Source of the DNA: Tubiluchus corallicola
Lineage: Eukaryota > Animalia > Priapulida
Direction: 5' to 3'
Length of the DNA stretch: 64,000 bases
NCBI GenBank assembly: GCA_030141605.1
Contig: JAQGDQ010000066.1
Coordinates: 496,001-560,000 of the forward strand
The notes below the pieces were generated by a model. The model was not told the DNA's origin. It was given only the letters and a program-made list of their open reading frames with translations, and did not search any database. Each line of letters starts with the position of its first letter. Position 1 is the stretch's first letter. The translations under genes were made by a program, and so were the position numbers. Shown one piece after another: positions 40,848 to 53,500 of this stretch.

Positions 40848-43800
40848 AGACTATTTTTAAGAAAACGTGCTGTATGTTAAAAACTGTGAAATAGTACTCT
40901 AGCATCAAAGCGTTTGCTGTCACATGCAGTTTAATTTGCTTTGAGGAAATACCATCTGATCCTGAATCTTTGTGTGAGATACATTTATTGGAAAATATTG
41001 CTCTGTTTTTAGCATTATTTCTATTTACTTTAGGTGATTTGTGCTATAAGTAATATCTTATGTATAACATTGATTTTTTTAAGGATCATTTCGTGACAAA
41101 TTGCATTTTATTTTTCTGCTAAAATGATGAAGAAATAAATGGCTTAATTAGAAATTGGTAGTGCAGCAAGTCCATTGTTTCCATTTTTTTCTTATCTGAG
41201 TGGTTTGTGCAAAAAATGAATTAACCTTCATCATTTTTTCTTAGTCAAACCTTGAAGTAACATTCTTTTTATAGCTTAGCATCTAAAGTTTAATTCAGCT
41301 TACATCTATTTCAAATGTAATCATTGCTTTTTGCTGTCGTGAAGAATGCAATGCCCATCTAGCTCATACATGTCCATCGTAGACCCTTTACATTATCACT
41401 GTATGGTAGTGATCTTGCAGTATTCGTAACAATAATTTATACTGTGATAATTCAGTAATCTGGTGAAACCAGGCGAACATCCGAACTTACATTCCAACTG
41501 TTTCCAGTGTTTGTTAATCATAGTTGTAGTTGAAAGTGCATTATCAAGGAGTAGAGGGTAAACATTTTTGTTATGTATATCGCATACAAGAACATATGTG
41601 AATCTTTTGTGTGCTGTGTACGTTAGCAGCTGTTTTATTGTTGGCGAAATGTGACGACATTGTATAGTTAACAGTTCTAAAGAAATATATCTGTTTGTTA
41701 AATCAATCATTAATAAATATTGTTATTATGATAAAAGTGATTTGTTCTTTCAATAGTTGAAGTTCATATTATTATAATTTAATAATTTGGAATTCTGTGT
41801 CAAAAATAAAATCAAACTACTGAAGGTAAATTAAATAACATTTTCATTTATAACTAAAACAGTATTTTGATAGCAGACAAGACCATATATGTGTGATTAA
41901 AGTTATCAGAGAAAAGAACTTAGCAGATCTGAAAAATATTCGCACACAATATTTTTCAAATCTGCTGCAATAACTTATTCCAATATTAATAATATCGCTG
42001 ACCTAGTAGAGTTACAATAACACAATTAATATTCTACACTAGATCTCTTTATACACATATTTGCAACAGAATTAAAATTTCGGCTAAAGTTAACTTATTC
42101 ACCACGAACAAAAGTGCAACTAGTCCATACTGACAAATCTAACTCGTAGCATAAAATCACAGTGAGTAAGCTGCACTTTACAACAGTGGTTCACACACAG
42201 CAACAGTTAACATTAAAAGCATTCACTACAATAGTTATGTAAACTACTATGGAATACGTTGTTGCATCCCAGTTTTGTCTAAAAAAACGAACTGAAACAC
42301 AAGTGCAAACAGCAAATTGCACAATTACAAAAAGTTTTCAATGGCAAAAATGTTAAAATAGCGAGCTATTGTGGCTACGATGCAATGAAGCAACACAGGT
42401 AGCCAGTAGTGACACAATGCTTATTAAAGTATTAATCAAAATTCGCAGTACTATTCACTATGACACTGCAACACATACTAGCAACTAGTTATAAAATCAG
42501 TGTTCATATGTGCAATGCTTCTAGAACTAATTCAAAGTCCCAAAAGGCATAAAGCCCTGCGTAATTCAAAACATTTAACACAAAAATATGGGCTTTTTAC
42601 ATTTTACAATTGTTATAACACAACAACCACAATTATTATTGACTCATACGAAACATTTTCACAAAATTTTATAAAGAATGTTTTAAACTTTTCCTTGCAT
42701 AAGTTAAAATAATTTTTGAAAGTTGTTATTAAATAAAGTGATCTAATTAGTGTTCTACAACCAGTAGACTGCAGTGCAAAATACATTACATTACATATAT
42801 AATTGCAAAATACAGCCTAATTATTGGGATTAATCGAATAAATCTTACACAAACTTAATATAACTGCAACAAGAAATCACAGCCCCGATTTTGTTCTACA
42901 ACTAACTTTACAAATCTCGGTAAAATCCACATTTGTCGAGCCTCAAACCAAAGGCACATAATCATACATGCTGATTAGGTAGCATAACAGAAATGGAAGA
43001 ATGCTTTTCAAAAATCACTAAATTTCTCTGCTGTTTATTTTTAAAATGGAATGTTGACATGGGTTCCAAAAACAAAAACCATCTAGGACAGTCACACTAC
43101 TACAGAAAGGGATAGCAAAACTAAAAGCCAGAAGTCAATTGTCATTATCTACAACAAATCTGTGAAAATATTCAAATTGAAAACTTTATCACCAGTGATT
43201 TTAATACAAAAACGAATATCCATTATCATACAATTGTACACTATTTTTTTACATTTGAAAAACGAGTTAGCTACTAGAAAAAAAGAATAATATACAACCT
43301 TCCTTACTCAACAATGGACAAGGAGCAAATGAAAACCACCATAATTAATCATTTAGCCTCTTACAGGTTACAAATGCCACGCAATCAAATCACAAATTTA
43401 ATTACAAGCAACTCTTTAACTGACGGTTTTGTTTGTATTATTACACTTCTAATTGCTTTTAATATTTATGATTTCTCCACTGTGGTTATTGAATGAAAAT
43501 TGTTACTCTCTTCTTAACTTGTGTCAGGTCTATTATGAAAAGCGGACAACATGCTGCCCACATCCATAATTGTTTCACCAATGACCGAAACAGATGCTTC
43601 TGGGATAGATTTCCAGTGTTGTGTTGTGAGCTGATGACAAGACTTACATACACTTTCTAATGTCTCATTACTGCTACTTGGAATTGAACTTTCACTGCTC
43701 AGGGTATTTGCACCAGAACAAGGCAAATTAATATTTTGTCAACTGATAGGCAATCCACTTGATCGCTGTAAATTGGAAGGCAAACCACTACTGGGTGAGC

Positions 43801-44521
43801 TCTTCTGCACTGCTGAACACTGCTCACTAGGCAATGGAATTCAACAAACTAAACTCATCAAATCAAGAGAAATGCATGCAAATCAGCGTTCAAATCCAGA
43901 GAATCACTTTCTGCCACCGAAGCATGACTTAACTTAGCATCTGACCTGTCACACTCATCTTCTGCCTCCACATTCTCAGGCTTGAGTATCTATAATCGAC
44001 ATCTCTTACATCACTCTCTTATTCCACAATGCCAACAATAAACTTCTGCTCTAAGACAAGTTTACCAATGCTGGGACATGTTTGCTTTGTGTACTTTGCA
44101 CCATCACACAAGGTCATGTACCTAGCTTCAGAGATTTTCACTTTCTGTTTAACAATTTGTATTATTTGGCACTTGTGCAGATTGTACAACGAAGATTAAG
44201 TGAAAAATGCCTAAAAGAAAGTCACTTAATTTAGAAAACTATGCTGTTATGCCAAATGCAATGATGAACCATGTCGTTACATTATAGAAATCAAGGGAAC
44301 CCCTTGTACCACTAGGCTATAATAACACCTTATACAACAGAGAAAGGCAGTCTAACTAAGCTTCAGAATGATCTAAAATATACAGTCATACGGTTAATGT
44401 CAAATCATTAGTTTTTAAGCAACTCCTAGATGTACATGTCAAAAACATACAGAAGTCCATCAAGTGAAACAAATCTCTTTTACAGTGCTATAAATTAAAA
44501 TTAAAATTGCTACTAGTATTT

Positions 44522-47500
44522 TTAGTTTCTCCATAACGGACGTCCTGAATCTTTACTTGAATGGCGTTGTCGGTTTGAACTACTACTTCGGCTGCCGGGT
44601 GTGGCGCTTCCACCGGAGGGTCTTCTCGTTGGTTTGGATGTACCATCTGATTCCTTCTCAGATGATTTTCGAGCCGTGCGAGAAGCGTTGCCAAATCCGC
44701 TACTACTGCTAAGCTGACGTCTTCTCCTCGTCCCCGGTTCACTGTGGACTGATATGTCGGATAAGGATTGCGTGCTACCATGCCTGCTGGGGGTGCGACT
44801 GGATGGTTTGGAGCCTAAACCGCTGGGTGGTTTACCTGAAACTAAACCAGAAGATGGAGGTGGATGCCTGCGTCTGCGAATGTCCTCTGAAACAACATAA
44901 CATAATCAAAAATTATTTATCAAGTTGTTTGTACCATGGCTAAGTAATGTGCTATAGTAGCAAAAAATACTAATAAGCAAAATTACATTGGAGAATGACA
45001 AACTGAGTGCACTCACCTGGGCTAAGGTAGCTTCTTGATCGCTGAAAACTACCGCCCATTGATCCGCTATCGCTGGTACCTGGGCTCATCATTAGTTTTG
45101 AATGTTGCTGCCACGGCTTGGAATGGGGAGTCTTTTCCCGAATCTAATAAAAAAACTCTGTCTGCTATATCTGTTTATGATACAATGAATTTTGAAATGC
45201 AAAAAATTTTTATAGTACAAGTAGGAAAATTTTCACCTTTATGAAATAAAGGTGTATATTGCTTTTGTTTTGTAGTTTAGCTTCAAAATACACAGCAATG
45301 ATATACAGAAGAATTTACTAGAGAAGCACTAGTTTTCAGTCTAACAGTAGGAAAAATAAGACCATAACCATCCCGATAATCAATGGCATTTCAATTACTC
45401 TCAGACGGTGAAAAAATCCTCCAAAGGCAGTTTACGTTGACAATTCAGTCCAATAAAAACGAACATAAAACTTAAACTCGCATTAATTAATTTTACATAA
45501 AAACAGTTTTTTCTCATCAACCATGAACTTCTAAGCAACATTTCATTCTTTCACGAATTTAATGTTTCGTAAGTCATTATGTGCATACCTTGGTGATGGG
45601 GCCGGTCGGGGTGCCGTGTGATCCACTGTGGGACGAACCGGCCTGACTAGAACTGGGAGACGACTTCGTCCGGAATGCGGCCATGCCCTGGCTGGCTCCC
45701 TCGGGGAGGATGAAGTGCTCGCGGAGCTCAATGTTTGTTCGACCTTTAGCTAAAAAGTGGGCAAGAGGGAGGTGGTGAGTTAACTCAAATCAACACTACA
45801 TGCGGGTGTGATCATAATGGATAATATAATCATAGTCATAATCAACAGTACATTCATGCAGTATGCACATCTAAATTTTTAAAAATGAAAATCAATCTTG
45901 TAAAAAAAGCCACGTAACCTAAAGCAAATTATAGGTTGGAAAAGCGTACTATCATACAAGTAATACATAAACATCTATTCATTTGTCACTTTATGGTGGT
46001 GAAAAATGAAGGAAAAATACAAGAACAAGAAACCGACAGAAGGAATGTTAAGAAATAGAAATTTCTTCCGCATTTGTCACATTCGTGTTGTGATCAACTT
46101 TTTCAGTCGTCTCGGCTGTGAAACTTTCTACTGAATCAGCGGTAAAGCTTCCTGGGCTGAGGTGAGAGTCTCCAGAACCCTGAGACATTGAACAGTCGGC
46201 ACAAGAAAGAGACACAGAAGAAGCATCATCTTCTGCATCGGCTGTTAGAGATGATGAAGATGTTTTTCTTTGCCGTGAAGTTTTAGAAGGTTCATTATCG
46301 ACAATGCCATCTTTTGTTCTTTCCCTTGAAAGGGGGGTTGTCTTTACGGGAAGATGCGATCGATTGCTGTTCACATCTTCGGCATCAACCTTCGCCAAGT
46401 ACAGATTCTGGTTTCGGTTTTCGTCATTCAATGGAGCACTTGAATTCTCAAATGAAGACGTCTTGCTGACTCTTCGTTTTTTCTTCTTAGGCGGTACTTG
46501 AGGTGCCTGCTTTCTGATAGGAATGCGACTAGGTATAGGTGGAGGAGTTGTAGGAGACATCGAGCCACATGAACTGGGCACATTCTTTATCGGTATTTTA
46601 CTTCGAAAATTTTCTGGCATTGCAACGCGGCTAGGAATGTTATCCCTCCATGAGCCATTCGCACTCGCTGATGAATGTGGCCTAACGGGTGAGGGTGTAC
46701 GCGTTTTACAACGACGAACTGATGACATACTGAACCGGCGACTGCTGGGTGGTGGCGTCTTCGATCGAGAGAATATCTGGCTGCGGGACTTTGGAGGCCT
46801 TGGAGGTGGTGAAGTTGTAATTCTGGGTGAGGTACGAATGAAACCTGTCAGTGATGTTCCTGTGTATGTTGCAGGGCGATGAAAGAAGTATTTATTCGCT
46901 GCACCAGGTGGCTCAATTGTGGTTGTCGACGTCGAACCGTCGCTGTGTGATGCGCTGGCCATTTCTTCTGGCGAGCACAATGTGAGTGAAATCTCCTGGC
47001 CACCAGGTAGCGAGCCACGGACAGGGAACACTGCTAAGGTGTAAAGGAAGTAATTGACCCGGCCACAAAGAAACAGAAGAAAGAGTAAGGGACCAACCAC
47101 CAACGTACAACACAACATTGCATACCATCAAGTTTAAATTTAATATAAACCGTAATGTATTTTAAAAGATGGCGATGCGTTACCATTAAAATTTTTCGCA
47201 ATGAATTTGTAGCAATGTGCAGATAATGCAAGTGCATCATGCAAGGAATAGAGAACAAAAATGGACAGAATGAAGAAAAATAGTTTACAAAACAGAAGGA
47301 GAGTCGAGTGGTCATGGGGTAAGGAGTAAAAAATAAAAAATACATGTTTAATTTTCATGTTAATTGAACGAGTTGCTATGTGTTAATGTGTTACTAACTA
47401 GAAAAGCACAAGTGGAGTACACAAAACCTGTAATCAAATAAACCTGTTATATCTGTAATGCACAGCAAACAGCAGTATTACCTGCAAGCACTTGAAACAC

Positions 47501-50500
47501 TGCATGCGCAAAACAGAACATTACCACTCAATGCAAATTCATAGTCTCTCAGCATTGTATCACATCAATGAAATGGAATAAATGCGTTGAAGAGTCATCA
47601 TTTTTACCAGGGTTATCAAAGCCGGAGTAACTAAAGAGTTTGCATTTGGTGGCAACGTAAATGTGCCCCTTAATTTTAGCAGAGAAATTTAATAACATAA
47701 ATGAGATTGAATTTCTCTGGCTTTATTTAGTATGTACAGCCTGCTAACTGTAGTATACATCTAGATAACAAAACAAAAATGACAAACATCCTGTAAATAC
47801 GACAATGCTGTTAAGTAAACTTAAAATAAGTATCAAATCTGACAGGCACAGTACAAGTCAACTGCCCGACAGCCATGCATAAAGTACCTCTTTTCGCATG
47901 GCCTTTCTCCTTCCTGAAACAATGGTCAGGACAATTAAAAAGTGTTTTTAAGCATTATCTTGTCAAAATAGAGCTGTATGGTACAGGTTATAAATAGACC
48001 TAACAGTATCACTTAACTGATTATTTAGCTAGACACTTTTAATATTTCTTTACTTTTACTTTACCTACTTTATATGCTGCTACACCTAGCTATTATCAAC
48101 TTAATAATACTGCAGGTATCTCTACAAAAGCAAATTCTTAAAATGCCTAGTTTTCTTCAGGTAAAAGCTAATGATGAATATCTGTATGTATAAAATTGTT
48201 ACATAAGAAAGTATCAAATCAGAAGAACAGTATTAAATCAGTATAAGCTGTGCAGCACTGCAAAACAAAAAGAAACGTGAAAACTGATTATATATATAAA
48301 CAATTACAAGCACTGATTTCTCGCAACGTCGGACTGTCAAGGCGACAAAATTCACATGAAGCTGCAAACAGAATAGATACCATTAATATAAAAGCAAAAT
48401 TTAAGAATGAGCGCACTTTTGGTCAAACACGAACAGGACGAAAAATAAAGCGAACAAATGAGTTGTGATCCCGTTTCAGTTGTTATACTATAACAAATTA
48501 TGTATTTTTGGAAGATTGACTTACTTCATTTTTTAATGCATTGGAAGGTATACAGAATTGTTTTCTTGACTTTAAGATAAGGAACAAATGATCAGGCATT
48601 AATAACACAAGAATAATCACATTTAATAAAAAACGTTTTAGTGTGGCATTTTTTCTTAAGGATTTGTACTTTTTGGCTTTAATTATTATCCCTCAAAAAA
48701 TGTTACACGTTTTTTTAAAATGGCATTGACAACACAACTGAAATCGGTTCCATTACATCATAGCATAAATATAACAAAATCATACAGAACGAAGCTACGC
48801 ATGGCAACACTGCATTACCTTGTCACTGGTAATTATCCAGCCGAATGTGACTACAAACAAAAAAGCATTTGAACAGTTTTATATCACAGCCCATTCATGA
48901 AAACCGATAGCAGTTGTGTTGACAAAAAATTACGCAAAAATGACTGGTAAAATACCATAGTTATTCCCCAAGAATTCATTTTGCAAAGCGGCACAGTAAA
49001 GTAGTCATCACTCTAGAAGACAGACAAAAGTCTGACTACAAATCCGAGATATGTACTAGGATTATATCACTTAATGTTTGGCTTGCTTCTCTTATAAAAT
49101 GACAAAAGTAACGTGGCGTCTTACTAATCAGCTAAACTATAGCGAATACATCAATAATAGTGAAAACTTGTTGCAACTACAACATATCCTCACCTCGGCA
49201 TGGGTCATTCTTTACCAGAAACTCATCGAGTGCAATCCAACCGCCACCAACCCGGACCATGACGGTACTGCGCAGAATTCGAACCAGGCGCAACTTTTGT
49301 GAATCACCAAACTGCAGAAAATATGAAAAAACTTTATTGAAAGTATAACACATAAGTAGGTTTATGTGTACAACAAGCACATGAAAGTTACTACGCTTTT
49401 TTTAACGTATGGATAAAATTACACAAATAAAATTAACAAGTTAGCGTCACAGGTAACAGTTTTCTGAAATTACATATAGAAAAATGCAAAAAACGTAAAA
49501 TAGATATTTGCAGAATACACTTTAATGCAATTTCCAACTATACTTTTAAGCTTGTAGCATATCTATTACAACAAATCATGTAACACACAAAACTCGCAAT
49601 TTTCTACAGTTATTATTACAAAATACAGAAATGAAAAAATGCTGCCCATAAAATAACAAAACTGTATGGTGTATCCCAGTAAAGCTGCATGCTGTACATA
49701 CTAGTGTGCTACTACTCAAAATCGACGTAGCTATATTAAAATAAATCAATGAAATGGCACAGTGTACATTGCATTTCTATTAAAGCACTCACTCACTCAA
49801 ACTAATAAATAAATGAATAGCTGCTACTATTTCAACAATCATGGCTGTTACAACATGCATAGTGAAAGTGAAAATTTCACTGCAACAAGTGCAAATAAAC
49901 AACAAAAATCAGATCTATTATAAGCAGATGCAAAAGATTTCACACAACTGTTTTAAATGGCAGCCAATGGTGAATCAGGCAATCTTTAAGTAACATTCAC
50001 ACATATTTTTCAAATCAATAAAAGTTATCTTTGTACATGCAGGCTTGCATTGAAATACGACTCAACCAGTGCAATTCGACACAAAACACATTGCTTAAAA
50101 AACATTCTGTGGTGAGCACCATTTATTAATCATCAATCACGCCGTGCATGTACCTTAAATATTGCTCCTATAACCTGGTAGTCCTGTGAAATTAATAATT
50201 TATTCATTAACAAATTGTATAGAAACAGCAACACACATGTGATGACAAAGGTTGGCCTATCTGCAAAAAAGCTACCTCAACCAAACCACAACCAAGTGTC
50301 TAACTCCCTAAGATTGTAGCATGCACACAGACAGCTGTAGTGAACTACAAAGCTCAGGCAATCCAGCTTTAATCAAATTTAAAGGAAAAAGATCTAATTC
50401 ACTGTGGAACGAAAAGATTCCAAGCGAGAAAATGAAAACGGCTGTAGTAGCCTACTTCAAAATATGTAGTAATCATTTTAAGCTAAGGATTGTAGATAAA

Positions 50501-53500
50501 GAGGATATCGTATTTTTCAAAAAAATAAAAATAAAAAATTGCATTAAAATGACTAAAACTGGATTGAGAGAAAAACAGAACCCTGCAAAATGTTATAATG
50601 CCACGTAAGCTTACTCGATATCTGACGATCGCTCCACCTCGAGGAGTAGCCAAATTCTTACCCTAAATCCCCAAAATTATGTGTTATGTATTACATGACA
50701 AAGAAGAAGCATTAGTCACTAAATGTTAGACTTGGGAACATTAAATGCAACAAAACAAACTGGCAAATTTCAATTTTTGTTATCCCAATAATGGACAAAC
50801 AAGGACACAAATATTTGTGAACAGAGCACAAATATTTGTAAACAGAGGAATGCAAGTAATAGCTTCAGTCTTGTACTGAAGCAGTTTAACATGTGAAATG
50901 ACATAATACATAATGGAAAACAGAAAAACTGATGAGCTTTATAGACCTACACTTCAAATATATATCATTTGTGGCATAGTGTGGGTAACTTACTTGTGTC
51001 ACACATAATTAATTAAACAGAAAATACTTGTCAACTGACAAAACATTGTCGAAATTGCCCTCATAGTTCAGAAATTATTTCAGCTCTTCCACACAATCAC
51101 AGTTACAGTATAGTTACAGTTTACTCTATTTAATGTTGGTTTGGAGTACAAAAAACATTAGTCTGTAAAGACTATTTTCTGATCCCTCCCCACACTTCTA
51201 ATATTCTAGGAACATTTGTCACCAAAATGTACATTTTTACAGCATGTACAACAATATCACATTTCAGTATATAAGTATTTACTTGTGGAGTTGTTGTTTA
51301 TTTATTATTTGTTTGAAGCATCTCGTTTGCAATTATATACAAAGAAAAAAACAGTGTTCACAGCATTAAAACAGGATTGTAGACCATTGATTTTAGGTTT
51401 TTTTCAGTGCATAAATTCCTAAAACCACAATCTTTCTTGTGAGTATCATATTAGTCCTCAGTTCCCTAAGTGATTTTACATAAACCTGTTTTCCTCTACC
51501 ACAATGAACTTTTACACATTGTACTTTCTATGCTAGTCATTACAGCATGCAAGAATATTTTTATTCTTTTTTAAACTTTCAGTTGATTTTACCACACAAA
51601 ATTAATAAATTTCATTCTAAATTATGCACGGAATTTAGGAATTACTTTTATTTCCAATATTTTATTGAAGCAACGTCGGTACGAACCAGACGAGTTTTTC
51701 GAAAGTGGTGTAAGAAATTTATGCGACTGTAAGAAAGTCCGAAACCGAATGTTTCATAAATCAACATCTTTTACAATATGAAACAAATCATTTCTCACAA
51801 AATGAAGCATATTAACACAAAAGTGTGTTAATTCGTGGTTGCAGTAAGAAGACATGACATAACTCAACTCACCTGGTATCTGCCTTCACCGATCTGGTGC
51901 ACAAGGAACTGTCGGGGACAGGTGCATTCGTGAACAGCTCTTTTTACTTCATCATGTATCTTCTCATGATCTGATTGCGGCTTTGATCTCTGAAAATACG
52001 GTCACTAAGCTTAGCAACAACAACAACAAACATGTAAATATAATTTCAAGAAAGCACAAAATAAACCTTCAATCGATTCATTGTCTCTAGAAACAAAATT
52101 CAACGTAACAAGGAAAATGCGAAGTTGTGGCTAACCCTACATTTGAACTTGTTTCTCAATTACAACTACAACACTTTCCAGACAAAGTAAACCCATGTGA
52201 TAGACAGCATTAATTCAGTCATAACATCGACATAGAATAAAGTGCAGTTCTTTAGTCTAGAAATTTTAATACTACAAATTAATTTAGATTCAAAAGTTAA
52301 ATTTTTATAAAGCCAATTTATGGCAATTTCAAAAATTACACTTTTACAAAACAAACAATTTATTGAAAGCAAGGCTATGTGAAAGTTACTGCGACACTTC
52401 CACAATGCATTAAGAAATAATGAACAAAAAAGTCACTCACATCTCGGTCAGGCCTCAGTGCAGCAATAAATTCCTTATAGTCGATGTAGCCATCTCGGTC
52501 TTTATCAAACTTGTCTGCAACTGCTTCCATTTCCATTCTTGTTGTGGGAAAGTCTAAAAATGAGAATAATTTTATTTATTGTTTCCCAAGGTTATATCGA
52601 ATCTGTACTTATATTAACTTGAAGATTGACAAAGGTCGTACGATCACCACTCTACTTACTGCATACACAGACAATTCACCGCTTTCAGATCAGCTTTGTT
52701 TGTTTGCTTGTTCTTGACTTAGAAAAGTAGCAAACAACATAATATCAAAAAACTTGTTCATAATCGAAAATAACTTATCCTTAGCACTATAGGTGGTCTA
52801 TAGTTACAAACGGACTATCAGACATTGCGTAGAGTACTGCCGCCACACCTAGCCTAATGCGTCAGTCTGTTACTACAACCCTCTTAACAGATTGCAAAAT
52901 CATATTATCCATCTACTCTGGTTTGATTTGGGGTCAAATTCTTCCTCGTAGAATATCTGCTCCCACATTAGCCTCTTTTATGGATGCTTCTCTCAGCATC
53001 TCTCATCACAAGTTTCAAATTGCCAACAGTTTGTTTGAAGTACTTGTTACTTCTCACATTTTTACCACTTCTCACAATAGTTGCTTGTAAACACAATTAT
53101 TAACTTAGGCTTCTTATCTGTGAAAATTTTAATTATCGAAAAGTGTTACCATGTTAACTGTAAAATTATTTGTTTCAAGAAGAATGTCAACACATATCTA
53201 GAAAATGTGTACAGTATTAATTACTACCATATCAACTTACTCGAAGCAAGAATTCCTTCTATGAATTCTTCCCGTGTTACTTTGCCGTCATGATCCTTAT
53301 CTTGACGCCTGAAAAAGTCCATGACTCGAGACTTTTTGTGATTCATCCAATTCATGTATCGCTGTCGCCACTCATCGAAGCTAAAGTTCTTAAAGTTTTC
53401 TAGCTCTTGGAGATAATTGTACATATCCTCTAGTCTACGCTGACGCTCCATGGCTAGTAACCATACATGGCGCCATTTGTTGAACAACTGTGATACTTTT

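Noticed and set aside
44488-45731. ORF-track peptides MVARNPYP... and [10 protein letters not shown]...
   Set aside because: Alternative-frame reads of genuine spectraplakin tail exons.
47034-47118. N-terminal TM/signal segment of the 356-aa ORF as a separate gene
   Set aside because: It starts at a non-ATG codon and corresponds to the pyrimidine-rich tract before the acceptor at 47034.
47470-47495. AG|GT (GCTTGCAG GTAATA, minus strand) as a recursive splice site
   Set aside because: The intron is short and such motifs arise by chance; no independent support.
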